Shown piece by piece: positions 55,442-64,000 of a DNA stretch of 64,000 nucleotides. Position 1 is the first letter of the stretch. Every line of letters starts with the position of its first letter. Source of the stretch: a virus. Below the pieces are notes generated by a model. The model saw only the letters and a program-made list of their open reading frames with translations. It ran no database searches and was not told the DNA's origin. Made by a program: the position numbers and the translations under genes. The DNA lies in IMG/VR virus record IMGVR_UViG_3300021964_000015; one strand, given 5' to 3'.

Positions 55442-55613
55442 CTGCTGTTACATTCCAACGAAAGCTGTCCCTGGAACGGGTTTCAGAGAACGCTGCATAA
55501 TGAGGACCAAGCTTTAGCGTGCCGTTGTCACGATAGCGATGGAGCGTTTTGCGGTCGATGCCCAAAAGTTTTTCGGCTTGTTGACCTGAAACCCAGCCCG
55601 GATGCTTAGCCAT
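55395..55613 (-). CDS. excisionase/MerR-like HTH protein
   Basis: 'WVSGQQAEKLLGIDRKTLHRYRDNG.LK.G.HY'. Confidence 0.7.
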   Translation of the reverse strand: MAKHPGWVSGQQAEKLLGIDRKTLHRYRDNGTLKLGPHYAAFSETRSRDSFRWNVTAVRKHLQKQGMMPLAA

Positions 55614-55755
55614 TGATGCGGTAATGAGGCTTTGAGTACAGGCACAAATTAACCTGGCACAGCAGTGTGTCAAGCAATTTAAGCAAAGCTTTATCTGTTT
55701 ATCTTGTTACCTTACATATGTGGGCAAACTAAAATAAATTAACAGCAAGAAAAGT

Positions 55756-56112
55756 ATGTTTTGCAACCAGCATGAGCCGCTTGCCCTGCTAGTTGAATTA
55801 ACACCTAAACTTGCCAAAAAACGTTTCCGACAAAGTATATACCAAGCTTGGGATAATAAGTGTGGGTATTGTGAAGGAGTTGCTACAAGCCTTGATCATA
55901 TTATTCCTCGCTTTAAATCTGGTTGTTCTAACCGGAACAACCTTGTTCCTGCTTGTTGCCGATGCAATGCTAACAAGGCATCAGCCGACATGGAAACCTG
56001 GTACAAACAACAAGATTTCTTTAGTGAAGAAAAGTTGAATAGAATAAAAACCTGGATGAAACCAGATGAGTTTAGCCTCGTCGATTTTAACGCATATAGA
56101 AAAGCATCATGA
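55756..56112 (+). CDS. HNH endonuclease (CxxC...HNH...CxxC type)
   Basis: 'CGYC...SLDHIIPRFKSG...NNLVPACCRCNANK'. Confidence 0.88.
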   Translation: MFCNQHEPLALLVELTPKLAKKRFRQSIYQAWDNKCGYCEGVATSLDHIIPRFKSGCSNRNNLVPACCRCNANKASADMETWYKQQDFFSEEKLNRIKTWMKPDEFSLVDFNAYRKAS

Positions 56113-58337
56113 TCCGGTTTAACGTAAAGGCTGGTGTACTTACTCCTGTATTACCAGCTGACGCAACAGAAGATGAGAAGGCTGTTGCTGGTCAGATTGC
56201 GCAGCGTTTTAATGGAATACAAGCTGGAGATACAAACTACAAGCAGTTGATGGAATCCCTGGATCAATCGCTCCAGGGTAATTATACAAATCCAAATGAT
56301 TACATTGATCAGCAAACAGTACAGGAACTAGAAAATTTTTACGCTACTGCTTCAGGCATTTCCCAGTGGGATCCGACTAAACAAGGCGCTGATCTATCTA
56401 ACTTTGATGCCAAGTTTTATTCAAAGCAAGTACCAGATGAAGTTGCTAGCTGGAATAACGCATCAACTTCTGTTTCTTTTGGTGGACAAAAAATTGCTGA
56501 CGTTGATATTACAAAGAAGTACGCTGATTTAGATTCTTTTTTGCATGCAAATTACACCCTGGTTGGTGCACCAAGTGGCAGGCTAGGTAAACCAAGAGAT
56601 CTTGAAGTGTATACAGAAGTTGGTAGAGCACCTACCGATAGAGAGCGTCAGATCTTAAGGGAAACAATCACTGGTACAAGCGAAGCAAGGCCGGATTCAC
56701 TTGCAGCGCTTGCCACCCAAAGCCTTGTTGATAAACAAGGTGAACAAGCATTTGGCGCCTTATCAGCAGACGTATTAAAACAAACTCTTAATGAGTACAG
56801 TAAGGCATTAAAGAAAGAACAAATGGCTAATATTTTCCAGGGAATGGGAATGCCATCTGTTAATTCTTTAAAACAAGATATTAAAAATTCAATATTAGGC
56901 GATTCAGGATTTGGTGGTTTTCTTGGGTTCAATGCTGGTTCTGATGTTGAAAAAGGATTATCTGCGACGTTAGACAGAAGCCTTGGTATTGGATCTTCTG
57001 TTGCTTACAACTGGCAAGATTGGTTTGACAAAACATTAACAGAAAGATATCGCAACATGAGCGAGATCACCAACCCAGAAGATGCAAATATTAAATACAA
57101 ACTGGAACAAGAATTTGTCAATAGTTTCATCAATGATTATTTAAAACCGCGTTTTGATACTTCTAAATCTATTTCTGAATTTGTTAGTTATATTGACGTT
57201 ACAAAAGATGAGCAAAACGCCCTGCAGACACAGCTTGCGTCTAGCGCGTTAAAAGATTACGCTAATAAACAAGCAAATACATATATTGATAGCCTTGGTT
57301 CAAACCAGGTTACACGTGGCTTTGATGCCAATTTTTACTTTAATCCTGAAACAATTACAGGCACTGATGTAACTGCAAAACAAGCAACCTACGCTGAACA
57401 AAAAACAGCTGTTGATGCAGCCTGGAACGCACGCAACAGTGACGCTGCTATTGTTGATGGTAAATCCTGGAGTCAACTAGCTTATGAATATGGTTTAGAT
57501 CTAGAAAACAAAGCTGATTTTGCTCGCCTTCATTACGAAGTTATTGGTAAAGGCAAAGGATATGATCCTGCCCCTGATACTTACACCAGGCAAGATCTTG
57601 CAAAATACATTCAAGGTGACCTTGCGACCGCGTTGGAGGCGCAAAAAGCTTCTTTGCCAAGTCCTGTATTTGCTGATTTTGTATCAGCAGAAGCTAAGGC
57701 AGCTGATTTAGTAGATAAGTTAAATATTGCAGCTTTACCTGCTGAGTTACAAGATCGCTTGCGAGTACTTGGTGTTAATGAAAAGACAGATCCAGCTGGA
57801 GAAGTAAAAGATGCCTTGGCTCAGATCTTACGTACAGATCCTGCTTTACAAATTCGAGAAGACATTAGACAGCTAAACGAACAAAAGGTTAAGCCAACGC
57901 AAGAACAACTTGGTTATGGTTACATTCAAAGAGATACTGATGAACAAGTAGCTGCTCCAGCTGGTGGCAGTGCATTGTATAAAGTATTTAAGAACGCAGG
58001 ATTTGGCGGCAGTGAAGCAGATTTTTATAAAGAATTTCTTCCTGATGCAACGGAAGAAGATAAAAGTTTGAGTGCAATTGACGTTGGGCAGGCTACTTCT
58101 TCCAAAGGATTAACTGGTTTATTAGGATTTGAATTACCTGATTTCTCTGATCCTTTTGCTGCAATGTCATCGATTGATCGAGCACTTGGTTCAGATACGG
58201 ACGTACCAGAACTTGGTAAAACACCCAGTCAACTTAAATTAAAATACTTTGATATGTTTGGTGATGAGAAAGATGAAAATGCACCTTCCTATTTTAATAT
58301 GAGTAGAGGCGGTGGATTTGGTTCGCTATTCGGTTAA
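56109..58337 (+). CDS. large hypothetical virion protein
   Basis: 742-aa ORF in late region. Confidence 0.6.
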   Translation: MIRFNVKAGVLTPVLPADATEDEKAVAGQIAQRFNGIQAGDTNYKQLMESLDQSLQGNYTNPNDYIDQQTVQELENFYATASGISQWDPTKQGADLSNFDAKFYSKQVPDEVASWNNASTSVSFGGQKIADVDITKKYADLDSFLHANYTLVGAPSGRLGKPRDLEVYTEVGRAPTDRERQILRETITGTSEARPDSLAALATQSLVDKQGEQAFGALSADVLKQTLNEYSKALKKEQMANIFQGMGMPSVNSLKQDIKNSILGDSGFGGFLGFNAGSDVEKGLSATLDRSLGIGSSVAYNWQDWFDKTLTERYRNMSEITNPEDANIKYKLEQEFVNSFINDYLKPRFDTSKSISEFVSYIDVTKDEQNALQTQLASSALKDYANKQANTYIDSLGSNQVTRGFDANFYFNPETITGTDVTAKQATYAEQKTAVDAAWNARNSDAAIVDGKSWSQLAYEYGLDLENKADFARLHYEVIGKGKGYDPAPDTYTRQDLAKYIQGDLATALEAQKASLPSPVFADFVSAEAKAADLVDKLNIAALPAELQDRLRVLGVNEKTDPAGEVKDALAQILRTDPALQIREDIRQLNEQKVKPTQEQLGYGYIQRDTDEQVAAPAGGSALYKVFKNAGFGGSEADFYKEFLPDATEEDKSLSAIDVGQATSSKGLTGLLGFELPDFSDPFAAMSSIDRALGSDTDVPELGKTPSQLKLKYFDMFGDEKDENAPSYFNMSRGGGFGSLFG

Positions 58338-58342
58338 TACTT

Positions 58343-58642
58343 ATGTCAGATAAAAGGAAGAAAGCAGCTAAAGCTGCAAAATTAGCCAAGGATTCAATGC
58401 CTTGTAATAAACCAAAACGTACCCCTGGACATGCTACCAAGAGCCATGTGGTTAAAGCGTGTGAAGGAGGTAAGGAAAAGATTGTACGCTTTGGTCAACA
58501 AGGCGTAGAAGGCGCTGGTAAAAACCCAAAGAGTGAAAAAGATAAAGCAAGAAAGAAGTCGTATTACGCTAGACACAATGCCCAGGATCCTAATCCTGAT
58601 AAAATGTCAGCACGTTACTGGAGTCATCGCGTTAAGTGGTGA
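58343..58642 (+). CDS. basic hypothetical phage protein
   Basis: 'KIVRFGQQG...RKKSYYARH...SARYWS'. Confidence 0.65.
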   Translation: MSDKRKKAAKAAKLAKDSMPCNKPKRTPGHATKSHVVKACEGGKEKIVRFGQQGVEGAGKNPKSEKDKARKKSYYARHNAQDPNPDKMSARYWSHRVKW

Positions 58643-58693
58643 GTAAAGTAACGGTTAAATGCGTTAAGCTTTAGAAGCTACTCATTTGACACG

Positions 58694-58816
58694 ATGGCTA
58701 AGCCCAAGTCCAATGCCCTGTTGATTGTTTCTAAGCCCAAGAAAACTAAGCAAGGTAACGGCCAGCATTCCAAGGCAAGTCATGGACGTAAGTTGCGTCG
58801 AGGGCAAGGTAAATAA
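58694..58816 (+). CDS. small basic protein (40 aa, not in ORF track)
   Basis: 'KPKKTKQGNGQHSKASHGRKLRRGQGK'; paralog of 2660-2797. Confidence 0.7.
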   Translation: MAKPKSNALLIVSKPKKTKQGNGQHSKASHGRKLRRGQGK

Positions 58817-58851
58817 ATTGTGTATGATTGGAAGTAATAGTAGTTACTTCC

Positions 58852-59517
58852 ATGGCGGATCTTTCGCATGCCGTTAATCTAATTCGTAAATACGAAGGGT
58901 TTAACGAAAAGGCATACCCTGATCCCCATACAGGTGGTGAACCTTATACCATCGGGTATGGGACACAGTTCTATCCCGATGGTTCTCCCGTCAAAAAAGG
59001 CCAGTGCTGTACAAAAGAAAAAGCACTGGAATACCTTTTCCATGAATTATCAGTCATTGAAAATCAACTGTTAAAACTCAACCTTGGTCTTGATGGATCC
59101 ATGCATCAAGCCCTGGTATCATTTGTCCATTCCGTAGGCTGGGACGCTTTTCTGTACAGCAGTGTGATTGATTGCATTGAAGCAGAAGATTTCTCTGGTG
59201 CTACAGAGGAAATAGGTAAATGGATCTTTGATGAATACCACAAAGTAATTGGTGGACTCCTGGATCGCAGAAGGGAAGAAATCAACTTGTTCCTACAAGA
59301 AGTTGAAGCAAACCCCTGGTCATCAACGGAAATCTTATTGAAAGCATTCCGTAATTACTGCGCATCTCCGCATCAGGTCAGAGCAATACGCAATCTTGAA
59401 GAAAAGTTAAATCCTTATTTACTTTCTGAATTTGCCAACGATTTTTGCATTGATGAGGATCCCTGGCTTGACTTTTGTGATTCCGCCCTGGATTCTATCT
59501 TTAACAGCTACGATTAG
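58852..59517 (+). CDS. GH24 (T4/P21-type) lysozyme
   Basis: 'IRKYEGF...AYPDP.TG..PYTIGYGT...GLLDRRREE'. Confidence 0.88.
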   Translation: MADLSHAVNLIRKYEGFNEKAYPDPHTGGEPYTIGYGTQFYPDGSPVKKGQCCTKEKALEYLFHELSVIENQLLKLNLGLDGSMHQALVSFVHSVGWDAFLYSSVIDCIEAEDFSGATEEIGKWIFDEYHKVIGGLLDRRREEINLFLQEVEANPWSSTEILLKAFRNYCASPHQVRAIRNLEEKLNPYLLSEFANDFCIDEDPWLDFCDSALDSIFNSYD

Positions 59518-59535
59518 AATAATTTCATCAAAAGC

Positions 59536-59835
59536 ATGAAGACCGGAATGGAGCATTCAGTAGAACCACGGGAGTTCGCACTGCCCCTGGAACTTCAATT
59601 TGCAATGCGCAAAGCTGAGGTGGAGTCCCAGGAAATGACGTGGGAAGAGTTACGGTGTGCACTTCTTAATCTGTACCATCAACGAATGATGGAATGGCAC
59701 GCCATTAAAAACATCATGGCAGAAGAAGAAATTGAAATTGATTGGGATCATCCAACTGATATTGAATTAGCAGAACTCGCCGCCGCCTGTTTGCAAGACG
59801 ACGACGACGAAGATGATGATCTACAACCTTTCTAG
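59536..59835 (+). CDS. nblA: NblA-like phycobilisome degradation protein with acidic tail
   Basis: 'LPLELQFAMR......MTWEEL...LLNLYHQRM' matches NblA pattern L.LEQQF..R......MS.EQ....L..LY.QM. Confidence 0.65.
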   Translation: MKTGMEHSVEPREFALPLELQFAMRKAEVESQEMTWEELRCALLNLYHQRMMEWHAIKNIMAEEEIEIDWDHPTDIELAELAAACLQDDDDEDDDLQPF

Positions 59836-60380
59836 TCCTTATCGAATCCAATAAGGCGTTCTAAATACCAGGACGCTTTCCTAAGGGATTCAGTACCACC
59901 TTTATGTTTCTCACGCCAAACATACTTGGCAATATTACCTTTTAGATAACCACGATATTCCTCTGGTGTAAGTTGGGCTTCAATTGCTTCAATGCATTCA
60001 AGCCCGCCTTCTGTGTAATGAGGAGGATGGTTTACGTAATCGGTGTCAGCAAGTTTTTTAATTGTATTTTCTTCAGGGAAGTTTGAATCCCGATCACTGG
60101 ACAAAAACTCTGAACTTGAAAGGAGTTCTTTTGCTTTAGCCCAGGGGACAGGACACACACCATCCTTACATTCCATACTTTCATCTACCGCAGCAAACCA
60201 CGTCTTTTGGCTGACAGCATCATCTCCTTCTCGTCCGGCTCCTCCAGCTCCATTACCAGCGTCTTGGACTTCGGTGATGCTCCCATTTCCATCCCCTCCT
60301 CCATCGTTGGAATGTAACCCGTCGTTCCCAGGCGTGCTCCCTCTAAGTTCAATTGTTTCCGTTCCAAGCCACTCTCGCAT
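59832..60380 (-). CDS. DUF3310 (T7 gp1.7-like nucleotide kinase) domain protein; start uncertain
   Basis: 'VNHPPHY...ECIEAI...GYLKGNIAKYVWR..HKGG.ESLRKA.WYL'. Confidence 0.8.
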   Translation of the reverse strand: MREWLGTETIELRGSTPGNDGLHSNDGGGDGNGSITEVQDAGNGAGGAGREGDDAVSQKTWFAAVDESMECKDGVCPVPWAKAKELLSSSEFLSSDRDSNFPEENTIKKLADTDYVNHPPHYTEGGLECIEAIEAQLTPEEYRGYLKGNIAKYVWREKHKGGTESLRKASWYLERLIGFDKD

Positions 60381-60529
60381 GCCACTAAACCTCGATTGTA
60401 CATGTCATACAATGGTACGTCATTTTCTTCATTGGCGAGAGGTTGACCGAATGTTTCATCAGTCAAACAACGGCAACTAACTTCATCTTTGACAAAGTTA
60501 TCCAGAAAGCTTGCAGCAGAATGCATCAC
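60185..60529 (-). CDS. hypothetical protein overlapping DUF3310 ORF
   Basis: 114-aa ORF. Confidence 0.5.
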   Translation of the reverse strand: MMHSAASFLDNFVKDEVSCRCLTDETFGQPLANEENDVPLYDMYNRGLVACESGLERKQLNLEGARLGTTGYIPTMEEGMEMGASPKSKTLVMELEEPDEKEMMLSAKRRGLLR

Positions 60530-60565
60530 AGCAATTAGTTGATTTACTTCTTTTACAATAATAAG

Positions 60566-60940
60566 ATGGCAAACATATTAAGACCTACATACGATCCTCG
60601 TCAGGATTCAGGTACTTCTGGAGCTGAAGTATCTGACCTACGGCCTGAACAGGCATATGACACTGATCTAAGAAGGCTGGATGAAGATAAAAGAGATGCG
60701 GCTGAATCGGTTAATCGTAAACAAAATCGTGTAGCTAAATTTTTCAAAGCGGCACGCACTGCTGGTAGATATCGCCAACGTGCTGGCATTGCAGAGCCCA
60801 CAATCGATGGAGAGACACCACGCTCACGTTTGGAGATCGATGGTGTGGAATTACCTTCTCTTGGGGACTCAGGCGGGCGTGCCGGTGGTATGAGCTACGC
60901 CCGTAAGCCTTCGATTCAATTCGGCAAACCCTTTGGTTAA
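60566..60940 (+). CDS. hypothetical protein
   Basis: ATG at 60566 after TACAAT. Confidence 0.55.
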   Translation: MANILRPTYDPRQDSGTSGAEVSDLRPEQAYDTDLRRLDEDKRDAAESVNRKQNRVAKFFKAARTAGRYRQRAGIAEPTIDGETPRSRLEIDGVELPSLGDSGGRAGGMSYARKPSIQFGKPFG

Positions 60941-61524
60941 ACCTGAGAGAACACTACGTTATTAGGTTGATCTTGATACTTACCTTTTCGATCCTGGTAA
61001 GTAGTGTGGCAAGGATTACCACGATAGAAAAGTAATTGAGTAATCCCTTCATTCGCATAGATGCGATTGAACAAACCAGTGCAATTACTAATTTCAAGCG
61101 TCAGATAACCTTCCCAACCACTTTCCGCTGGCGTAATGTTTACCAAGATACCAGAGCGTGCATAGGTAGATTTACCTACAGCAACAACAGTAACGTCACG
61201 AGGTAACTTCAAACGTTCTTGTGCAACGCCAAGGCAATAGCCATATGGAGGCAACAAGAAGTACTTACCGCGTTCATCCTCCAGGAGATCAGCGGGCTTT
61301 AAAATGTCGGGATCAAAATCTTTTGGATCACAATCACCAGCTTGTACCTTACCGAAGATCAAGCATTGTTTTGGGGAAAGGCGGATATCGTAACCATAAG
61401 AGCTAAGGCCATAGCTAAGTAACTTACGGTCATCCTCACGACTGATCAGATGATCAACAAAAGGTTGAATCATCTCCTCTTCTTCAGCGAGTTTTTTGAT
61501 TTCCCAGTCGGCAAGGACGCTCAT
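60937..61524 (-). CDS. dcd: dCTP deaminase
   Basis: 'SYGLSSYGYDIRL', 'GKSTYARSG', 'GWEGYLTLE', 'YANEG..Q', 'RKGKYQ'. Confidence 0.93.
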   Translation of the reverse strand: MSVLADWEIKKLAEEEEMIQPFVDHLISREDDRKLLSYGLSSYGYDIRLSPKQCLIFGKVQAGDCDPKDFDPDILKPADLLEDERGKYFLLPPYGYCLGVAQERLKLPRDVTVVAVGKSTYARSGILVNITPAESGWEGYLTLEISNCTGLFNRIYANEGITQLLFYRGNPCHTTYQDRKGKYQDQPNNVVFSQV

Positions 61525-61556
61525 AAATCCCTGTAATCGCTCTTTAGTATACTAAA

Positions 61557-62153
61557 TCAAACAAGGAGATGGCCACGTTCTCCATACACTTTGACGAACG
61601 TATCCACAGCATCAGTGGAAGCATCCTGTGGCGGCAAGTATACAAGGAATGAGGTGCACGTTTGTTTTCTTTTTACCTCTCCATCTTTATTGCACAATAG
61701 ATAAGGTGCAGTTCGCAAGATGCACATTGGAAACTTGAAGATTTTTGGCTCGTAACGAATCATGTCAGGACAGTTGGAGAAATACAAACCTTGTTTAATC
61801 TCTCTCGCTAACCACGCATGGTACATCCGACGAAACCACACTGCATGAGATGAAGTCAATGAAATAGAAGATGCCCTTGTCATCTTCCAACGTTCATTCT
61901 TTTTATCCCAGAAGTATGCACCCGCTGGCGGAAACAGGTAAGCACTTCCGTACCACTGTTGGCTATTCAAACCATCATCCGATGGTGTGTAATATTCTGT
62001 AGCTTGTACATATTCGTTAGCAACTTTTGAACTTGCAACATCAAGATCAATGCCACCCATTAGTTCATTTGCAGCCATTACAAGGTCAGATGACGTGATA
62101 AGTTCAGCGCCTTCATTACGTGCTGTTACGCTACGTACCTTATGTTCACTCAT
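61557..62153 (-). CDS. phage Dam-like N6-adenine methyltransferase homolog, catalytic motif degenerate
   Basis: 'IDLDVASS..AN.......YYT..DDGL..QQWYG..YLFPP'. Confidence 0.65.
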   Translation of the reverse strand: MSEHKVRSVTARNEGAELITSSDLVMAANELMGGIDLDVASSKVANEYVQATEYYTPSDDGLNSQQWYGSAYLFPPAGAYFWDKKNERWKMTRASSISLTSSHAVWFRRMYHAWLAREIKQGLYFSNCPDMIRYEPKIFKFPMCILRTAPYLLCNKDGEVKRKQTCTSFLVYLPPQDASTDAVDTFVKVYGERGHLLV

Positions 62154-62536
62154 TTGTCAGACACCTGGTTGTAGTCAATTTCAAGGTAACGCAAGCCCTC
62201 ATTATCGTTGATTACATAACCAGCTTTTTCCGTTGGATCAATCTTCTGTGCAGCTGCCAGGATTCGACGGAATGTTTCTGCTAGATCACCTTCGTTGCTA
62301 CGTTCACAATCTTCTTGTGCAGCATGCAGTTCTTTTAGCGTCCAAAAAAACATCGAACGTTCTTTGTTCTTTGGTTGGAAAACCATCACACCTGGACCTT
62401 CCAGCTCCCACATCTTGCAGTATTGCTGGCCCATATCACCTAGCACCAACTTGATTGTTGCATCAAGCATCTTTGCTTTTGTTTCGTCCATCTCTGGACC
62501 AATAACAGAAGCAATTAATTTTTCTCGGCGGTCCAT
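62150..62536 (-). CDS. hypothetical protein
   Basis: ORF, operon context. Confidence 0.6.
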   Translation of the reverse strand: MDRREKLIASVIGPEMDETKAKMLDATIKLVLGDMGQQYCKMWELEGPGVMVFQPKNKERSMFFWTLKELHAAQEDCERSNEGDLAETFRRILAAAQKIDPTEKAGYVINDNEGLRYLEIDYNQVSDK

Positions 62537-62991
62537 TCTTCTAATAATCCTTGTTTATGAAGTGATTCTATAAGTTTTTGTGTTGGTTGGTATAGTACAA
62601 CCAATTTGCCTAACACTCCTCTTTTCTTAAGAAGTTTTCCGTTTTCATCCCTTACTTTATTAAATTCCCCCGAACGTATCAGATACTCTGCAACGCAACG
62701 CAACCTTCTTTTTAAAGGCAATTCAGCCTGGGGGAATTTACCACAAATTGTATCGGGTTTTAAATCTAAGAAAGCAAGACGCAATCTATTGGCAAGTGTC
62801 ATGCCAGAGTTAGCATCCTCTTCTTCGTAGCTTTTTAAATTTTGCAGGTACCTCCTAAGGCACCCATCATCAAATGAGCCTTCCGGCGGCAAGAACATTT
62901 CAATCTGGAGCACCAAAGATTCAGGTAATTCCTGCACATGGTTTTTGATTGTGATTGAATCTATATCGATCCCTTTAAAGCGATGTGCCAT
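62515..62991 (-). CDS. hypothetical protein
   Basis: ORF, operon context. Confidence 0.6.
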   Translation of the reverse strand: MAHRFKGIDIDSITIKNHVQELPESLVLQIEMFLPPEGSFDDGCLRRYLQNLKSYEEEDANSGMTLANRLRLAFLDLKPDTICGKFPQAELPLKRRLRCVAEYLIRSGEFNKVRDENGKLLKKRGVLGKLVVLYQPTQKLIESLHKQGLLEEWTAEKN

Positions 62992-63401
62992 TACTTAAGA
63001 AATTCTTTGTCTGGTTTGTATAAGTTGTATGTACCTCTTAAGTTCTTCTCATCTGTTTTTTCATTACGTGCAAATGATTGGACAAGGTAGTTCCAGGGGA
63101 CACGTATAACTGCTTTTCGTTTTACGTCAGGTGATACGTTGACGTAATGGATTCCTTCGGTCCACCCTTTTGACGGATCTTTTCTTCCAATTGAAATCCA
63201 GTTACGTATCGTTTGATCAGATACGCCAAGCCTTTTGCCACACTCTTCTGTAGAGATGTATTCATCAGCAAAAGCCTGTGGATTCAATCCATCAGTTTCT
63301 CCTGATGCATAGCGGCTTTGCCACATGGAAGAAAGGACATTCCTGATACCTTTCAACTCATGCGCAATTTCGGACAGGCTTTTTCTTAAACCGTACTGCA
63401 T
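62991..63401 (-). CDS. excisionase-like HTH DNA-binding protein
   Basis: 'YISTEECGKRLGVSDQTIRNWI...WTEGIHY'. Confidence 0.7.
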   Translation of the reverse strand: MQYGLRKSLSEIAHELKGIRNVLSSMWQSRYASGETDGLNPQAFADEYISTEECGKRLGVSDQTIRNWISIGRKDPSKGWTEGIHYVNVSPDVKRKAVIRVPWNYLVQSFARNEKTDEKNLRGTYNLYKPDKEFLK

Positions 63402-63452
63402 AATTTCAACAACCTCTTTTAGGTGCTAATCTGTGAAAAACCAACCTGGAAC

Positions 63453-63761
63453 ATGGAAGAACAAATTCCCCCTAGTCAACCACCTGCTCCCCAGCAATCA
63501 CAACCGCCAATTACTCCAGAGATGCTGGAGATGCTGAAAGCCAGGGCACGTCAGGCAGCAGTACAACAAACACTGGGTCAAAGAGAAGGGGGTGCATCTA
63601 TTCCTCCTCAACCGCAACGTGTTGTTTACGTTCGACGTAATTTAACGGTTGCAGAAATCCTCATTGTTATTTTGCTTTCTTGCGGAATTGTAACAGGAAT
63701 TCAATGGACTTGGAACTTTGCAACCAATGTGTTGCCACGTATTGAAATTAAGGTAAACTAA
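63453..63761 (+). CDS. membrane protein, hypothetical
   Basis: C-terminal TM 'ILIVILLSCGIVTGIQW'. Confidence 0.55.
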   Translation: MEEQIPPSQPPAPQQSQPPITPEMLEMLKARARQAAVQQTLGQREGGASIPPQPQRVVYVRRNLTVAEILIVILLSCGIVTGIQWTWNFATNVLPRIEIKVN

Positions 63762-63805
63762 ATAATCAGCTCTATAATAAAAAGAGAATAGTTAGCAGTG
63801 GATAG

Positions 63806-64000
63806 GTGTCAAATCGACGTATTACCGATTTTCCATCAATTAATGGGGCCGACATTCAAGAACTAGACCTTTTAACTTTGGTCTCAGTTTTTGAAGTTGA
63901 CCCCACACTGCGCAACAAAAAAATTACCTTTACCGAATTCAAGCAATATTTAAGCAGTTTTTATGCCAGCCTTCTTCCTTCTTCTTATCTGTTTAGCGAG
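63806..64000 (+). CDS. probable tail fibre/structural protein, 3'-partial (not in ORF track)
   Basis: GTG start, 'SNRRITDFPSI...DLL.LV...D.....KKITF' typical fibre N-terminus; open to window end. Confidence 0.6.
   Translation, partial: MSNRRITDFPSINGADIQELDLLTLVSVFEVDPTLRNKKITFTEFKQYLSSFYASLLPSSYLFSE

Noticed and set aside
1-64000. Stop-codon reassignment
   Set aside because: Standard code gives dense, full-length genes; the tRNA is Leu(UAA anticodon, reads UUA), not a suppressor

Overview
The whole window is tailed-phage DNA, most likely a lytic cyanophage. Support for the host: two NblA-like genes, a DUF5895-like gene, ThyX and a group I intron resembling the cyanobacterial trnL type. Layout: 1-12.0 kb (+) tail fibre/receptor-binding module. 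12.6-30 kb (-) early/replication region with family A DNA polymerase, SSB-like, Gp157-like, Gp88-like, ThyX, an HNH, tRNA-Leu(UAA) and many small ORFs. 30.0-30.8 kb divergent non-coding switch. 30.8-59.8 kb (+) virion/packaging region with terminase, portal, putative scaffold, major capsid, two lysozymes and HNHs. 59.8-63.4 kb mostly (-) with DUF3310, dCTP deaminase, a degenerate Dam-like MTase and an HTH protein, then the start of another probable tail gene. Signals the ORF track misses: (1) the major capsid gene is split after codon 4 by an 826-nt group I intron carrying an antisense HNH in loop L1; (2) a second antisense HNH sits after codon 5 of another late gene and appears to supply a replacement promoter, RBS and recoded N-terminus instead of a ribozyme; (3) three families of repeated structured elements (two with covarying stems) sit at near-fixed distances upstream of SD-less early genes. 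All family assignments are from motif recognition by eye; no searches were run.
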